This document shows, piece by piece, positions 10,065 through 19,900 of a DNA stretch of 64,000 bases. Both the position numbers and the translations under genes were made by a program. Source of the stretch: a virus (taxonomy: Duplodnaviria > Caudoviricetes); IMG/VR virus record IMGVR_UViG_2061766007_000342, positions 160,001 to 224,000 of that record; one strand, 5' to 3'. Position 1 is the stretch's first letter; each line of letters begins with the position of its first letter. The notes under the pieces were generated by a model, which was given only the letters and a program-made list of their open reading frames with translations, was not told where the DNA came from and did not search any database.

Positions 10065-12944
10065 TTAATTCAATGATCCCGGTGGTTTACCATGATCACC
10101 ATAATATGTTGGAATAACATTTGTTACATCAGTAGACCATTGCTTTCCTGTCACATGACGAATGTTATTAATTGCCGATATTGTTCTTGTTGAACCAACA
10201 TATTCATGTGTCATCATATATTCAATCGGGATAGAATGTGTTACCACCGTGTATGGATCGCCTTTGGTATAAAATCCACCACATTCGTCAATGATATAAT
10301 GATCACCATAACAATAGATTCCATCACGTCCGGACTGATGAACGTTTGATACAAATCCAGCGGATATATTATTTGCATTATAAGCAATATCAATACCGGA
10401 AGATTCATCAATCGGTTTGTATAAGAATTTACCGAGATCAACAATCGCACGTGCCGATCCAGTATAATTGCCCCATGAAACTGTATATCCGCATACCATT
10501 GCAATTGTATTATCACGAATCTTTTTTAACTTTGCATACATTGGTGCAGAACGTGTAACATCGGTTCTGTCTGCACCCAATATGATCGGGATAACTGTCT
10601 CTGGAATATCACCACGAATACAATTGACATCATCAATAAATGGATCGTCAAAACGATAAATGATGATACATTCATCAATTGCATCACATCGAATATATTG
10701 TGCGTTCGAATATGTGAACGAAAACGTGTTTGTACATGCAACACCTTCACCCGTCGTATTCGTTAAATCATAATATCGCATGTAATGTGGTGAATGAACC
10801 CATAAATGATCATTGTATCCAAACATGAGCGTTGGTTCTGAACTTCCGGATGGAAGTGATAACTGATGTGTTGCCGTCCAAGTATTGTTCGTAATGTTGT
10901 ATTCTGCAACTGTGATCGTTCCATTATAACAATATGCAATACGATTCTTTGTGGAATCAATGATACAACATCCCATGGATGCTTGGAAGTGATGACGTCG
11001 TGTGATATGTCCGATTAATCCCGCATCGACGTTGTCGTTCTCCCATTCAATATATGTTGCGACAAACCATTGGTCTGTTGAACTAAGATGTTGAAAACCA
11101 ACAACACCGGATGTGGTTTCTGATGGATATGTTTCCGACCAAATATCATTACTCGATCCATATCCATTTGACGCATCAACCAAGCTGTATGGTGTCGTTG
11201 TACGTGAAGATGGATCTGCTAAATTGGTGAAGTAATACTTATCGGCACCACCACTTGACAACGTCAATACCATATTCTTGAAACAGAATGACTTTGAAGC
11301 CGCTGATCCGGAATTGACACCCGACATTTGATAGGATGCTTGTGAAGCTGGAAAACACACATAGTTTGCTTTCACATAATAACCATATGGTTCATTTTCT
11401 TCATACACCTTTTGTCCGGATCTCATGGTAATACCGGTTGTCCAGGTTGTTCGTTCTGTTGCGGATGTTAAAGCGAATGGTTGTCCACCACGTGTTGGAT
11501 TCAACGTAATTTTCATATTGGTAATATAGAATTTTCTGGATTGTTCTTCAACTGGTATATCCATCGGATTTGTTAACAAATGCCATGAATTAACATTCCA
11601 ATATTCATCGGTCGCATAAATCGAAACATTACCATTGGTGAATTTTGTAATTGGAACACTCGGCTGTGGGTTAATATACAAATAATATTGTGTAATCATT
11701 CCTGTTGAAGTTGTTGTCGCAAAAATATCTGTTGCATTATCAATATAGAAAGATGTTTCGTTATAATGATAATCTGGATTATCATTATTAAATGGAGCTG
11801 GATTGGAATATGTTCTGTTTCTGAAGTTGTATAAATTACATGTTGTCGGATTAAATAATGTGAACTGTGTATCCAATGCATATTCACTGTTCAAACCAAA
11901 TATTTCGGTCAACGATGACTTGTTGATATCATACATACCCGTATCTGCAGTCCAACCAGATGGTTTTAGTGGAGAAGAACCATATGCAGGTTTCTTTAAT
12001 AACGTAAATGGATCGGCATTTTCTTGAGATAATGGTTGATGCTCCCAACATATGTAACCGGGACTTCGTTGTACAAAACCATCAACATATCCGTCTGATG
12101 CACCAGTTTGTTTCAATAAATTAAATCCATTCATTGTATGATAAATGACAGAATGATTTTGTGTAGTAAGAGCGTCGGTTGTTCTGGATTCACAACCACG
12201 ATTTGTCATGGAATTATATCGTTTATATGTGTACAAATTGGTGTCGTCCCAACCCATATGTTGACGTATAAAACGATGCATTGTTGTTAATGCACAATAA
12301 CGTCCTTGCGACCAACCTGATTGGATTAATGATGGATTATACGTCATCACAAAGTATACATCAATATCCAAACGCGTATTTGGATTACGGGTTAATGTTG
12401 TACGGTCTCCTTGAAGATCATACAGCCATGAACGTGTCCACAACGCAGATGCAGACTCACCAATACCAAACTGTGTAATGGTGAATGTTGCCGGTGATCC
12501 ACCACTGGTTTGATCGGGATAGTAACACGCCATAAATTTACACATTAATGATACCAAATAAACTGGTTCATCATCATATGTTCCTGCATAATACCACATC
12601 GGATAATTGAAATATGCGTCATTTGTTAAACAGGTTGATGAAACAGTTGCTGCACCTGCAGGTGATGGAAATTGAAATGCATGATTGCTTTTAAATGAAA
12701 CGCTTTCATCAGCATCAGAAGCAACATAGAAGTTTGTTGGAAATGGAATGCTGGTGGATTGTATGTTGAAGAATTTATCAAATCCATAATCTGTCATTTG
12801 ATTCATACCATATACTTCTTCACCGGTTGATATTCCATTAACAGATTCATGAAATACATATAAATTTGAAAAACCACCGTTTGGTCGGTGGTTTTTCGCA
12901 AATGTCATTAAACGTTGAAAACGTTCGTTCTCATTTGATGTCAA
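10065..12944 (-). CDS. Large virion/tail-associated protein, paralog of 6220-9441
   Basis: Shared sequence blocks with 6220-9441; AAAGGAG SD and TTG start; position in tail-fibre cluster. Confidence 0.6.
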   Translation of the reverse strand: MTSNENERFQRLMTFAKNHRPNGGFSNLYVFHESVNGISTGEEVYGMNQMTDYGFDKFFNIQSTSIPFPTNFYVASDADESVSFKSNHAFQFPSPAGAATVSSTCLTNDAYFNYPMWYYAGTYDDEPVYLVSLMCKFMACYYPDQTSGGSPATFTITQFGIGESASALWTRSWLYDLQGDRTTLTRNPNTRLDIDVYFVMTYNPSLIQSGWSQGRYCALTTMHRFIRQHMGWDDTNLYTYKRYNSMTNRGCESRTTDALTTQNHSVIYHTMNGFNLLKQTGASDGYVDGFVQRSPGYICWEHQPLSQENADPFTLLKKPAYGSSPLKPSGWTADTGMYDINKSSLTEIFGLNSEYALDTQFTLFNPTTCNLYNFRNRTYSNPAPFNNDNPDYHYNETSFYIDNATDIFATTTSTGMITQYYLYINPQPSVPITKFTNGNVSIYATDEYWNVNSWHLLTNPMDIPVEEQSRKFYITNMKITLNPTRGGQPFALTSATERTTWTTGITMRSGQKVYEENEPYGYYVKANYVCFPASQASYQMSGVNSGSAASKSFCFKNMVLTLSSGGADKYYFTNLADPSSRTTTPYSLVDASNGYGSSNDIWSETYPSETTSGVVGFQHLSSTDQWFVATYIEWENDNVDAGLIGHITRRHHFQASMGCCIIDSTKNRIAYCYNGTITVAEYNITNNTWTATHQLSLPSGSSEPTLMFGYNDHLWVHSPHYMRYYDLTNTTGEGVACTNTFSFTYSNAQYIRCDAIDECIIIYRFDDPFIDDVNCIRGDIPETVIPIILGADRTDVTRSAPMYAKLKKIRDNTIAMVCGYTVSWGNYTGSARAIVDLGKFLYKPIDESSGIDIAYNANNISAGFVSNVHQSGRDGIYCYGDHYIIDECGGFYTKGDPYTVVTHSIPIEYMMTHEYVGSTRTISAINNIRHVTGKQWSTDVTNVIPTYYGDHGKPPGSLN

Positions 12945-12946
12945 TC

Positions 12947-15900
12947 TTATTCATCTCCTTTATATAACTTAAAACCATATGCGAATTGATAATTCTCTTT
13001 GGATACGTCAATATGTGTGACATGATTTTCATCATATTCTTCAACTTCATATAGTTGATAGCCATCCGAAATGAGTGCACATGTATCTGTCATTTCCACA
13101 TACGCATCATCATATTCAAAGCTTGATTCAGATTCCGTGTTATATGAGATTTGATATTGTGCATACTTATAACCAATATTGTATTTATCATTTCCCATGT
13201 AATTCAAATATAATGCAGAAACTCCACCGGGATAAAAATAATATGAACGATATGCACACGGCGAACACATTTTTGCACGTGAAGCCTCATGTGCATTTGT
13301 ATTCCACGCCAAATACATCATAGAATACATCTCTCGTTTTAAATTAAACACATACAACCATTGGGAGTTGTAACGTGGAACAATGACTGCACCATTGCAA
13401 TAGGTTGGACGAATGACTTTGTTGTTATTACCCCATTCCACATAATACGAATTCGCAATCGTATATGGTGTTTTGTCTTCAATTACAACCAGATGCGTTG
13501 GGGTAATTACATAGAACTTTCCATCACCATAACAACATCCAAATTCTTCGCCATAATCATTCTGATTGATCGTTGTCCAAGTTTTTGATTGTTTGTTATA
13601 AATGTTAATATGACAATAATTGGAATCTTTATCAACGAGCAATATGGATTTATCCGATACGGCGATATCCCACCAGTTGACACCTGGAGAATTGTCCGAC
13701 AACACGGTATATTGATTTGATTTGATATTAAATAAATACATATCATGTTTTGCGGAATTGTCACCGGTTACGATGGATGTATATGTATCATCGTACCATT
13801 CAATTCGACCATTGATGTATGCATGTCCGTTGTCGGGAACAATACGCCCAGATACTTGACCTGATACACGATTCACAATAAAAATTCGGTCATTTATATG
13901 CGATGATGTGAAGTAAAATTTATTTTCATCCATTAAGAATCCGGATACAGCATAGCCAGTATTTGAACCAGCCAATGTGCTCCATGTTACTTGCCATTCA
14001 AGATGTACCTGATCTGTCAATGCCGATGGATCAAATGATTTGATTTGTAAATACCATGTGCCATTGATATAACATGAAGATGCTGTATAGAACTTACGAC
14101 GGAATTCAATCGAACATGCTGTTGTAATCGATGAAGTTCCGTTATCATACAAATCCAAAACATATTCCGATCGAAATCCATAAGAACCATTAATGCGTAA
14201 TGGTAACAAATATTGTGCGGTTTTAATATGTCCAGTTTCATCACGATATTCATCCATTTCACCACGCGGTTTTACTAACGTGCCATAACACGGATTGTTT
14301 GGTAAACAATCGGTTGATGGAGTAACATCAGACTTTGAAAAATATCGATATGATGCTTGTTGGCCGGGTGAACCGGTAAGTTCCACATGATACAGCTTGA
14401 ATATCTGATCACCGGGTTGATGTTTATAAACATCAAATATGACACGATTCTTCTGTGTGGTTTGATCTTTGATAACATGTACTTTTGGTGAAAAAACCGT
14501 GTCATCATATGGATCCGAATCAATGTAGATGTTGTTAATGGTTGATGAATTGTTCGTGTCGGTTGAAATTCTGACATGATGAGGTGTTGTCAATAAACCG
14601 ATAGATGTGGTTTCTTCGTTCTCATCACACATGTACAATTGATATTCATCCATTAAGTTTGTATCACCCATGAACATTGAATCGGGATATGCATCAAACA
14701 TATCTTTGGTTAATTGTGATGGTTGTGGTCGGATCAATCTCCATCGTGATATAGACTGATCATAATACTTATAACCATCATTATCATGTGCAATGATCGG
14801 TGTTAATAATTCAATGACTGTTATTTTTGCAAACGGTTGTTGATCTTCTCTGGTATTACCTCCTTGAACAAGTGATGTTTCTGATAAACGATATTTATCA
14901 TCAACCAAATATCCATCAGGTTTATATGAGTCTTCTGTTAATACATATCCAGAACCACCTGTTCCCGGATAATCATATACTGCTCCTGATCCACCATACC
15001 AACCACCACCTCCAGTTCCAGGGTAATAATTACCATTGACTGTAGAAGAGCCTCCTTGACCAAAACTACCAGCTACACTTGGTTGTATGTCACTTGGTGA
15101 TTCAGTTTGTGTGCCAGGTCCATTATTATAATATCTAACACTCGGTGAACCATCCCCACCAACTGCACCACCACCATTACCACCATAACCTTGCTGGTTA
15201 GTCGATCGATATCCGTTTGAACCAGCACCACCCGCAACAATAAATCGGTGATACATTGTATCACCATCTATTCTCATATCAGTTGCACCACCACCGTGAG
15301 ATATTCTATAAAACGGCGATGTTGGTGAACCACCACCATTGTATCCACCATATGGATACATTTTTAATGCATAATCCGAGGTATTTGTAATAAATTTGCC
15401 GTATCCTGCAGATTGCATTCCTCGACCACCAACATTTACAACAATTTCTTTATTCTCATATGATCTTAATTCACCACATGCATAACCACCCTTTGGTGTA
15501 TACTCATCATTATTATGACACCATGTGAACACATTACCACCATAACATTCCAGTTTATATGTGCCTGCTGGTAATGTTATATGTTCCATATTTGCAGTTG
15601 AATAAAATTCTATAGTATCACCAGCATTACATTTTGAAACAAGTTTTGCAATAATAACTTCACCTGAATCAGATTGACCAGAACCCATATACACGTTTGT
15701 CATGTAATATTTTGAATCCGGATCATACCCGTCTGGTTTGTATGATGTTGATGTTAATACATATCCAGACCCACCCGAACCAGATGATGAGTGCGCATTA
15801 TTATCCGTCGCATTTGTTAATTGTGTAAAACCACCATACCAACCACCACCAGCTCCACCACTACCTGGCCCATATGATACATTATTACTTGATGATATTC

Positions 15901-17248
15901 TCGTTGAAGGTCTTGCATAACCAAACATGTACCCGGATGATTGATTTGTACATTGAAAATTATTCTGCTCATATCTATTGCCGGAACCAGTAATACCGGA
16001 ACCAGCAATACCACCACCTATAATGCCTCCACCAACCTGGGAAGGCCATTCTGTGAAATTTCCAGATGGCAATCCTCCAGCACCACCAGCAACCATAATT
16101 CGTGAATTGATAGATGGATGGTTTCGTTTTTTGGGACCAGCTTCAAAGCCGTTATCATTATACCAAATTACGTTCTTCGAAATGGTTTCAAATAAACCAA
16201 TTTTATTATCAGATACACGTTGAACCGGAACATAGTCTCGAACTAAAATGTCTGTGTTATCATCATCAACTTCATATATTTTAAATGAAAATAATTGAGC
16301 ATCCTGACCATAATTCGAATCAGCATTTGCTGCATAACAAGTTGCAAATATCCTCAGTGGGATACCAGTCACACTCGTTTCTTTTACATAATCAGATATG
16401 GTCATAGATCCAATTGATGTATTATTCATAAACCATTCTGCTTTATTTTGAAAACATACTAATTTAATATGTTCATCGAATGGGAAATCTGATGTTTGAA
16501 CAGATTTTTTCCCGCTTCTATAACATAATTTTCCAGCTGAACTCGCCCATTTTGTGTAAAATTCAAACAATGCATCACCATTATTACCGTTACGCGATCC
16601 AAATAATGCAGAGTAATTATCAAATACAATATCTTTTGAAAATATAACCCCATCAAATACAATTTTGGTTCGATATGATGGGATATAATCCGTGACAAAA
16701 TGTGAATAATTATAATTTGCCGAATTTATTGAATATGACCCAACATTGCGTATATATTCCAATACATAGTAATTATTATCGTTTGCATCCATTACGGTAA
16801 TAACTGATTCAGACGGTTCATGAAATGTTCCATCAGCATCATACGTTGGATATTCAGATGGATCATATTGCAGTAATCGAATATCTGATGCACCGCCTCC
16901 ACCCAATCCACATCGATAATTACTGGAATATGATTTACTACCAGGAGACCCGCCATTAAATCCAGCGGGACCCGGGATTGTTGTGAGTGTTGCAGCATCA
17001 TTGATTATAGAATTTCCACCAACCACGGCATGAAATGTTGTGGTATCTGTTACATCAATGACAGCCATTGATAATCCACCCATTAAGAATAGATTCGTAT
17101 CAACCTTTCGACCATCTGATGCTCCACCTTTGCAAATGAATAAATATTTACCTGGTTGCAATGTGAACGGTTGGTCGGAATTTGTACATTTGAAATCATG
17201 GATTACTTTCCATAATTCATTTTTATAACTTATGAGTTGATTTCCCAT
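12947..17248 (-). CDS. Putative tail fibre/receptor-binding protein with two ALK/LTK-type glycine-rich domains, a lectin-like insert and a C-terminal propeller-like region
   Basis: PGKYLFICKGG / AGTYKLECYGG, GGGGASDIR / GGGATDMR, RIMVAGGAGG / RFIVAGGAGS, GGGWYGG and GGSGYVLT each occur twice; LVRDYVPVQR...GLFE LamG-like insert. Confidence 0.7.
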   Translation of the reverse strand: MGNQLISYKNELWKVIHDFKCTNSDQPFTLQPGKYLFICKGGASDGRKVDTNLFLMGGLSMAVIDVTDTTTFHAVVGGNSIINDAATLTTIPGPAGFNGGSPGSKSYSSNYRCGLGGGGASDIRLLQYDPSEYPTYDADGTFHEPSESVITVMDANDNNYYVLEYIRNVGSYSINSANYNYSHFVTDYIPSYRTKIVFDGVIFSKDIVFDNYSALFGSRNGNNGDALFEFYTKWASSAGKLCYRSGKKSVQTSDFPFDEHIKLVCFQNKAEWFMNNTSIGSMTISDYVKETSVTGIPLRIFATCYAANADSNYGQDAQLFSFKIYEVDDDNTDILVRDYVPVQRVSDNKIGLFETISKNVIWYNDNGFEAGPKKRNHPSINSRIMVAGGAGGLPSGNFTEWPSQVGGGIIGGGIAGSGITGSGNRYEQNNFQCTNQSSGYMFGYARPSTRISSSNNVSYGPGSGGAGGGWYGGFTQLTNATDNNAHSSSGSGGSGYVLTSTSYKPDGYDPDSKYYMTNVYMGSGQSDSGEVIIAKLVSKCNAGDTIEFYSTANMEHITLPAGTYKLECYGGNVFTWCHNNDEYTPKGGYACGELRSYENKEIVVNVGGRGMQSAGYGKFITNTSDYALKMYPYGGYNGGGSPTSPFYRISHGGGATDMRIDGDTMYHRFIVAGGAGSNGYRSTNQQGYGGNGGGAVGGDGSPSVRYYNNGPGTQTESPSDIQPSVAGSFGQGGSSTVNGNYYPGTGGGGWYGGSGAVYDYPGTGGSGYVLTEDSYKPDGYLVDDKYRLSETSLVQGGNTREDQQPFAKITVIELLTPIIAHDNDGYKYYDQSISRWRLIRPQPSQLTKDMFDAYPDSMFMGDTNLMDEYQLYMCDENEETTSIGLLTTPHHVRISTDTNNSSTINNIYIDSDPYDDTVFSPKVHVIKDQTTQKNRVIFDVYKHQPGDQIFKLYHVELTGSPGQQASYRYFSKSDVTPSTDCLPNNPCYGTLVKPRGEMDEYRDETGHIKTAQYLLPLRINGSYGFRSEYVLDLYDNGTSSITTACSIEFRRKFYTASSCYINGTWYLQIKSFDPSALTDQVHLEWQVTWSTLAGSNTGYAVSGFLMDENKFYFTSSHINDRIFIVNRVSGQVSGRIVPDNGHAYINGRIEWYDDTYTSIVTGDNSAKHDMYLFNIKSNQYTVLSDNSPGVNWWDIAVSDKSILLVDKDSNYCHINIYNKQSKTWTTINQNDYGEEFGCCYGDGKFYVITPTHLVVIEDKTPYTIANSYYVEWGNNNKVIRPTYCNGAVIVPRYNSQWLYVFNLKREMYSMMYLAWNTNAHEASRAKMCSPCAYRSYYFYPGGVSALYLNYMGNDKYNIGYKYAQYQISYNTESESSFEYDDAYVEMTDTCALISDGYQLYEVEEYDENHVTHIDVSKENYQFAYGFKLYKGDE

Positions 17249-17283
17249 TGAGATTCTCCTTTCAATAATTAGGAATGTTACAC

Positions 17284-17309
17284 AACCGTCCCCGTGATGG
17301 GGACGGTTT
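17284..17309. terminator. Hairpin
   Basis: aaccgtcccc-gtgat-ggggacggtt. Confidence 0.6.
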
Positions 17310-17328
17310 GATGTAAATGTGTAAAAAA

Positions 17329-17733
17329 TTATTCTTTTGGTTGATATGGTGTATCGGAAGCACTGTAAATTGCAACCAATGTATCATCTGGAATGACATT
17401 AAGCTGCGCTTGTGTGGGTTCACCATTGAATGCAATGATCTGAGATTCAAAACCAACGAGCTTTAAATTACCATTTCCACAATCTGTTTCAACCGTAACG
17501 GAACGATATTCACGAATGACACGATAAACGGTTTCTGTATTGGTATCTACCAATAATGTATTTCGTTCATACACCGTATCTGATTCATAATCTTTGATGG
17601 AAGCATTACCTGTGCCTCCACCACCTTGACCAATTTCCAACTGTTCAAGCTTGGTTGCTAATTCGTTAATCAATGCTTGCTGACGTGATATCACATCATA
17701 CAATGATTGAAAGATGGAATCTTCCATTGCCAT
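17329..17733 (-). CDS. Small structural/tail-fibre-associated protein
   Basis: N-terminal coiled coil, GGGG linker, YESDTVY...VYRV module; co-oriented with tail cluster. Confidence 0.55.
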   Translation of the reverse strand: MAMEDSIFQSLYDVISRQQALINELATKLEQLEIGQGGGGTGNASIKDYESDTVYERNTLLVDTNTETVYRVIREYRSVTVETDCGNGNLKLVGFESQIIAFNGEPTQAQLNVIPDDTLVAIYSASDTPYQPKE

Positions 17734-17735
17734 TT

Positions 17736-17951
17736 TTATTCACCCCCATTGTTGTCCGCTTGTTGTTCCAACCAATAATCCGCACGTGCGTTGATTCGTT
17801 GTAAATCAGCATTGATATTACCGAGTAACGAAATGGTTGGTTGCAACTCTTGCGATAGTTTGTTCAATACAAATGCCCAAGTAATGACATTCGCAACATC
17901 TCCATCTGGTAATTCAAATGATAATGGTTTTGTATCATCAAATTGTGCCAT
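17736..17951 (-). CDS. Small hypothetical protein (start revised to 17951)
   Basis: AAAGGAG SD before ATG GCA CAA. Confidence 0.6.
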   Translation of the reverse strand: MAQFDDTKPLSFELPDGDVANVITWAFVLNKLSQELQPTISLLGNINADLQRINARADYWLEQQADNNGGE

Positions 17952-18013
17952 ATAAAAAACAGCTCCTTTCGTTATTATTATAGATGAACCATTGTTAAGA
18001 AAGCGTTCAATAT

Positions 18014-18047
18014 AAAAAAACAACCCCGCGATTAAGCGGGGTTGTTT
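18014..18047 (-). terminator. Terminator of cassette A, identical core to 62635-62668
   Basis: Minus strand aaccccgcttaatcgcggggtt followed by T tract. Confidence 0.8.
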
Positions 18048-18057
18048 GGTGGATTAC

Positions 18058-18264
18058 TTAGTCATTACCTCCTTTCATCCGAGAATAGGTAAGCTCGGAA
18101 TACTGTACTGACCACATAGTAGCCAGAAGCATTACACCCGTGGCGATGACCAAACCCGGAGCCGGGATGTACTCCGGATCACCAAGCTTGAACATCACCC
18201 ACCCGAAGGTGGGGATGTCCAGCGTGAGCACCAGCCGCGCTAGTGCTCTTCTCAGCTTAGCCAT
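18058..18264 (-). CDS. Small GC-rich membrane protein (68 aa)
   Basis: AAAGGAGGTG SD, ATG at 18264; hydrophobic GLVIATGVMLLATMWSV. Confidence 0.65.
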   Translation of the reverse strand: MAKLRRALARLVLTLDIPTFGWVMFKLGDPEYIPAPGLVIATGVMLLATMWSVQYSELTYSRMKGGND

Positions 18265-18541
18265 TGTCACCCACCTCCTTTGCGAGCTCTGCGAGCAGAG
18301 TCTTGGCGGCAGCCTTGGACAGCTTGTAATAGCCGCCCGGGCACCACTCATCATTGTAGTGGACCCTAGAGATGAGGTTGCAGCCATTACAGAGGAGACC
18401 GGTGTACGGGTAGTAAGACCCGTCACCGTCAACACGATATTCGTGATACAGCCTCATACGGGTGTTGCACCTCGGGCAATGGAGCATGGTCTTACGGCCG
18501 ATCTCGTGTTTGTTTGCGATATCAATGAGATTATAAATCAT
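18257..18541 (-). CDS. Small zinc-ribbon protein (94 aa)
   Basis: AAAGGGAG SD, ATG at 18541; CPRC...CNGC. Confidence 0.7.
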   Translation of the reverse strand: MIYNLIDIANKHEIGRKTMLHCPRCNTRMRLYHEYRVDGDGSYYPYTGLLCNGCNLISRVHYNDEWCPGGYYKLSKAAAKTLLAELAKEVGDNG

Positions 18542-18671
18542 GGTGATCTCCCTTTCTGTGGCCCGTTGTGGGTGGTACCACGTTACCCATAAAATATAAG
18601 TTGGGATAATACCCATTGGTAGTATACAGAGAATCCAATATTATAAACACCTTCTATTATTGATGATTAAA

Positions 18672-18773
18672 TCATTGGTCGATTGCGATTGCTTTCAAAA
18701 CCATGGTTGTGCATGGTTTTGCAATCTCAGCCAACATCGTCAAGATGCTTGGCATTTGATTGGTAATCTTCAT
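18672..18773 (-). CDS. Possible 33-aa leader peptide MKITNQMPSILTMLAEIAKPCTTMVLKAIAIDQ
   Basis: GAGGTG SD 6 nt upstream; lies inside a structured leader, so it may be non-coding. Confidence 0.35.
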   Translation of the reverse strand: MKITNQMPSILTMLAEIAKPCTTMVLKAIAIDQ

Positions 18774-18822
18774 CGATATCACCTCACTCCCGTGAAGAGA
18801 ATGTGATTCTCTGTATACCATA

Positions 18823-18845
18823 TTAATTATATATATTTCAAATTT
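18823..18845 (-). promoter_or_regulatory. Putative early promoter AAATTTGAAATATATATAATTAA
   Basis: 23-nt exact match to 61764-61786; both copies precede small-gene cassettes. Confidence 0.7.
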
Positions 18846-19088
18846 CAAAATAAATACATATATTTAATGTGATTTCAAATGCATGATGATGCAACATATC
18901 ACATGTCAGTGATCATTCAATTTCATCGTTGTCAGTTTCAAGACATTAGGTATTTGGAAAGTGTGAATGTTTATTGATGAATATGTATGCAATTGAAATC
19001 GGATTATTGGTGCCACATTACAAAAAATAATGTGGCACACGGAGCCCATAACGAAGGGTATTATTTAACCTTCTTCATATATAGATGG

Positions 19089-19114
19089 TACACCGGGGCA
19101 TATGCCCCGGTGAT
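19089..19114. terminator. Hairpin after 19131 ORF
   Basis: caccggggca-ta-tgccccggtg. Confidence 0.6.
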
Positions 19115-19130
19115 ACCCATTCCATTGTTG

Positions 19131-19880
19131 TTATGTCACAAACCACGTTTTCAAGACACCACCGACATTGATGGGTCGTTTCAAGTAATCTTCACAATAT
19201 GATTCACCGGTTGTGATATCAGTGTAAATGATACCATGATCCGAGAACACATGAGAACCATACTCATCTTGGAACTGTTGAATGGTACATTGTTTACCAT
19301 CCTCCGACGGTTCAAAGGTACATGCATCACAACGACCATATCCCGGAATGCCGTTCATGTTGTGGCAATGCTGACACGTCCGGCATACATTTGTTTCCGT
19401 TTCACGGCCATCCAATATGTCCGTAATAACCCCCAGTATCATTGCGTCCAATTCATTATCAAACGCATTATACATTGCTTGGAAACATTCACGGATGTTA
19501 TCAGTGTTATATTCACCCGCATCGATGATGGTCAACATACGAGTGAACAATTCTTTCAAAAAGTATTTGGATTGTTCCGGATTCAATTCATGAACCCGTT
19601 TTGCAATTGACGGGTCATTGATCAATGATACATACCGTTTGATCATCAACCAAGAATACTTGCCGGCTTTGTTCAACTTCTGGTCCATGTATACCAGTTG
19701 TTTGTGGGACATATGAATCGTTGTCGGTGACGTAATCACGATCGAGTCATCGTTCCGATCAACAATGATTGATGCATGTGCCATCGGACTTCCCGACATG
19801 CGAATATTCACATTACCAAGCTTTTCGAAATCATTCAATGCTTTGATGAATGATTGTCCCAATAATTCATGCTTTGACAT
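19131..19880 (-). CDS. Hypothetical protein with C-terminal Cys cluster
   Basis: GGGAGTG SD; CRTCQHC...C..C...C. Confidence 0.6.
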   Translation of the reverse strand: MSKHELLGQSFIKALNDFEKLGNVNIRMSGSPMAHASIIVDRNDDSIVITSPTTIHMSHKQLVYMDQKLNKAGKYSWLMIKRYVSLINDPSIAKRVHELNPEQSKYFLKELFTRMLTIIDAGEYNTDNIRECFQAMYNAFDNELDAMILGVITDILDGRETETNVCRTCQHCHNMNGIPGYGRCDACTFEPSEDGKQCTIQQFQDEYGSHVFSDHGIIYTDITTGESYCEDYLKRPINVGGVLKTWFVT

Positions 19881-19900
19881 AATTTAACACACTCCCAATA

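Noticed and set aside
6220-17248. Diversity-generating retroelement acting on tail fibres
   Set aside because: No reverse transcriptase in the window and no near-identical TR/VR pair differing at adenines was seen; repeats are diverged at protein level.
18140-18592. 150-aa plus-strand ORF and other antisense/nested ORFs in the track (e.g. 34138-34872, 55983-56594, 57094-57606)
   Set aside because: Shadows of real genes on the opposite strand, lacking SD sites and protein-like features.
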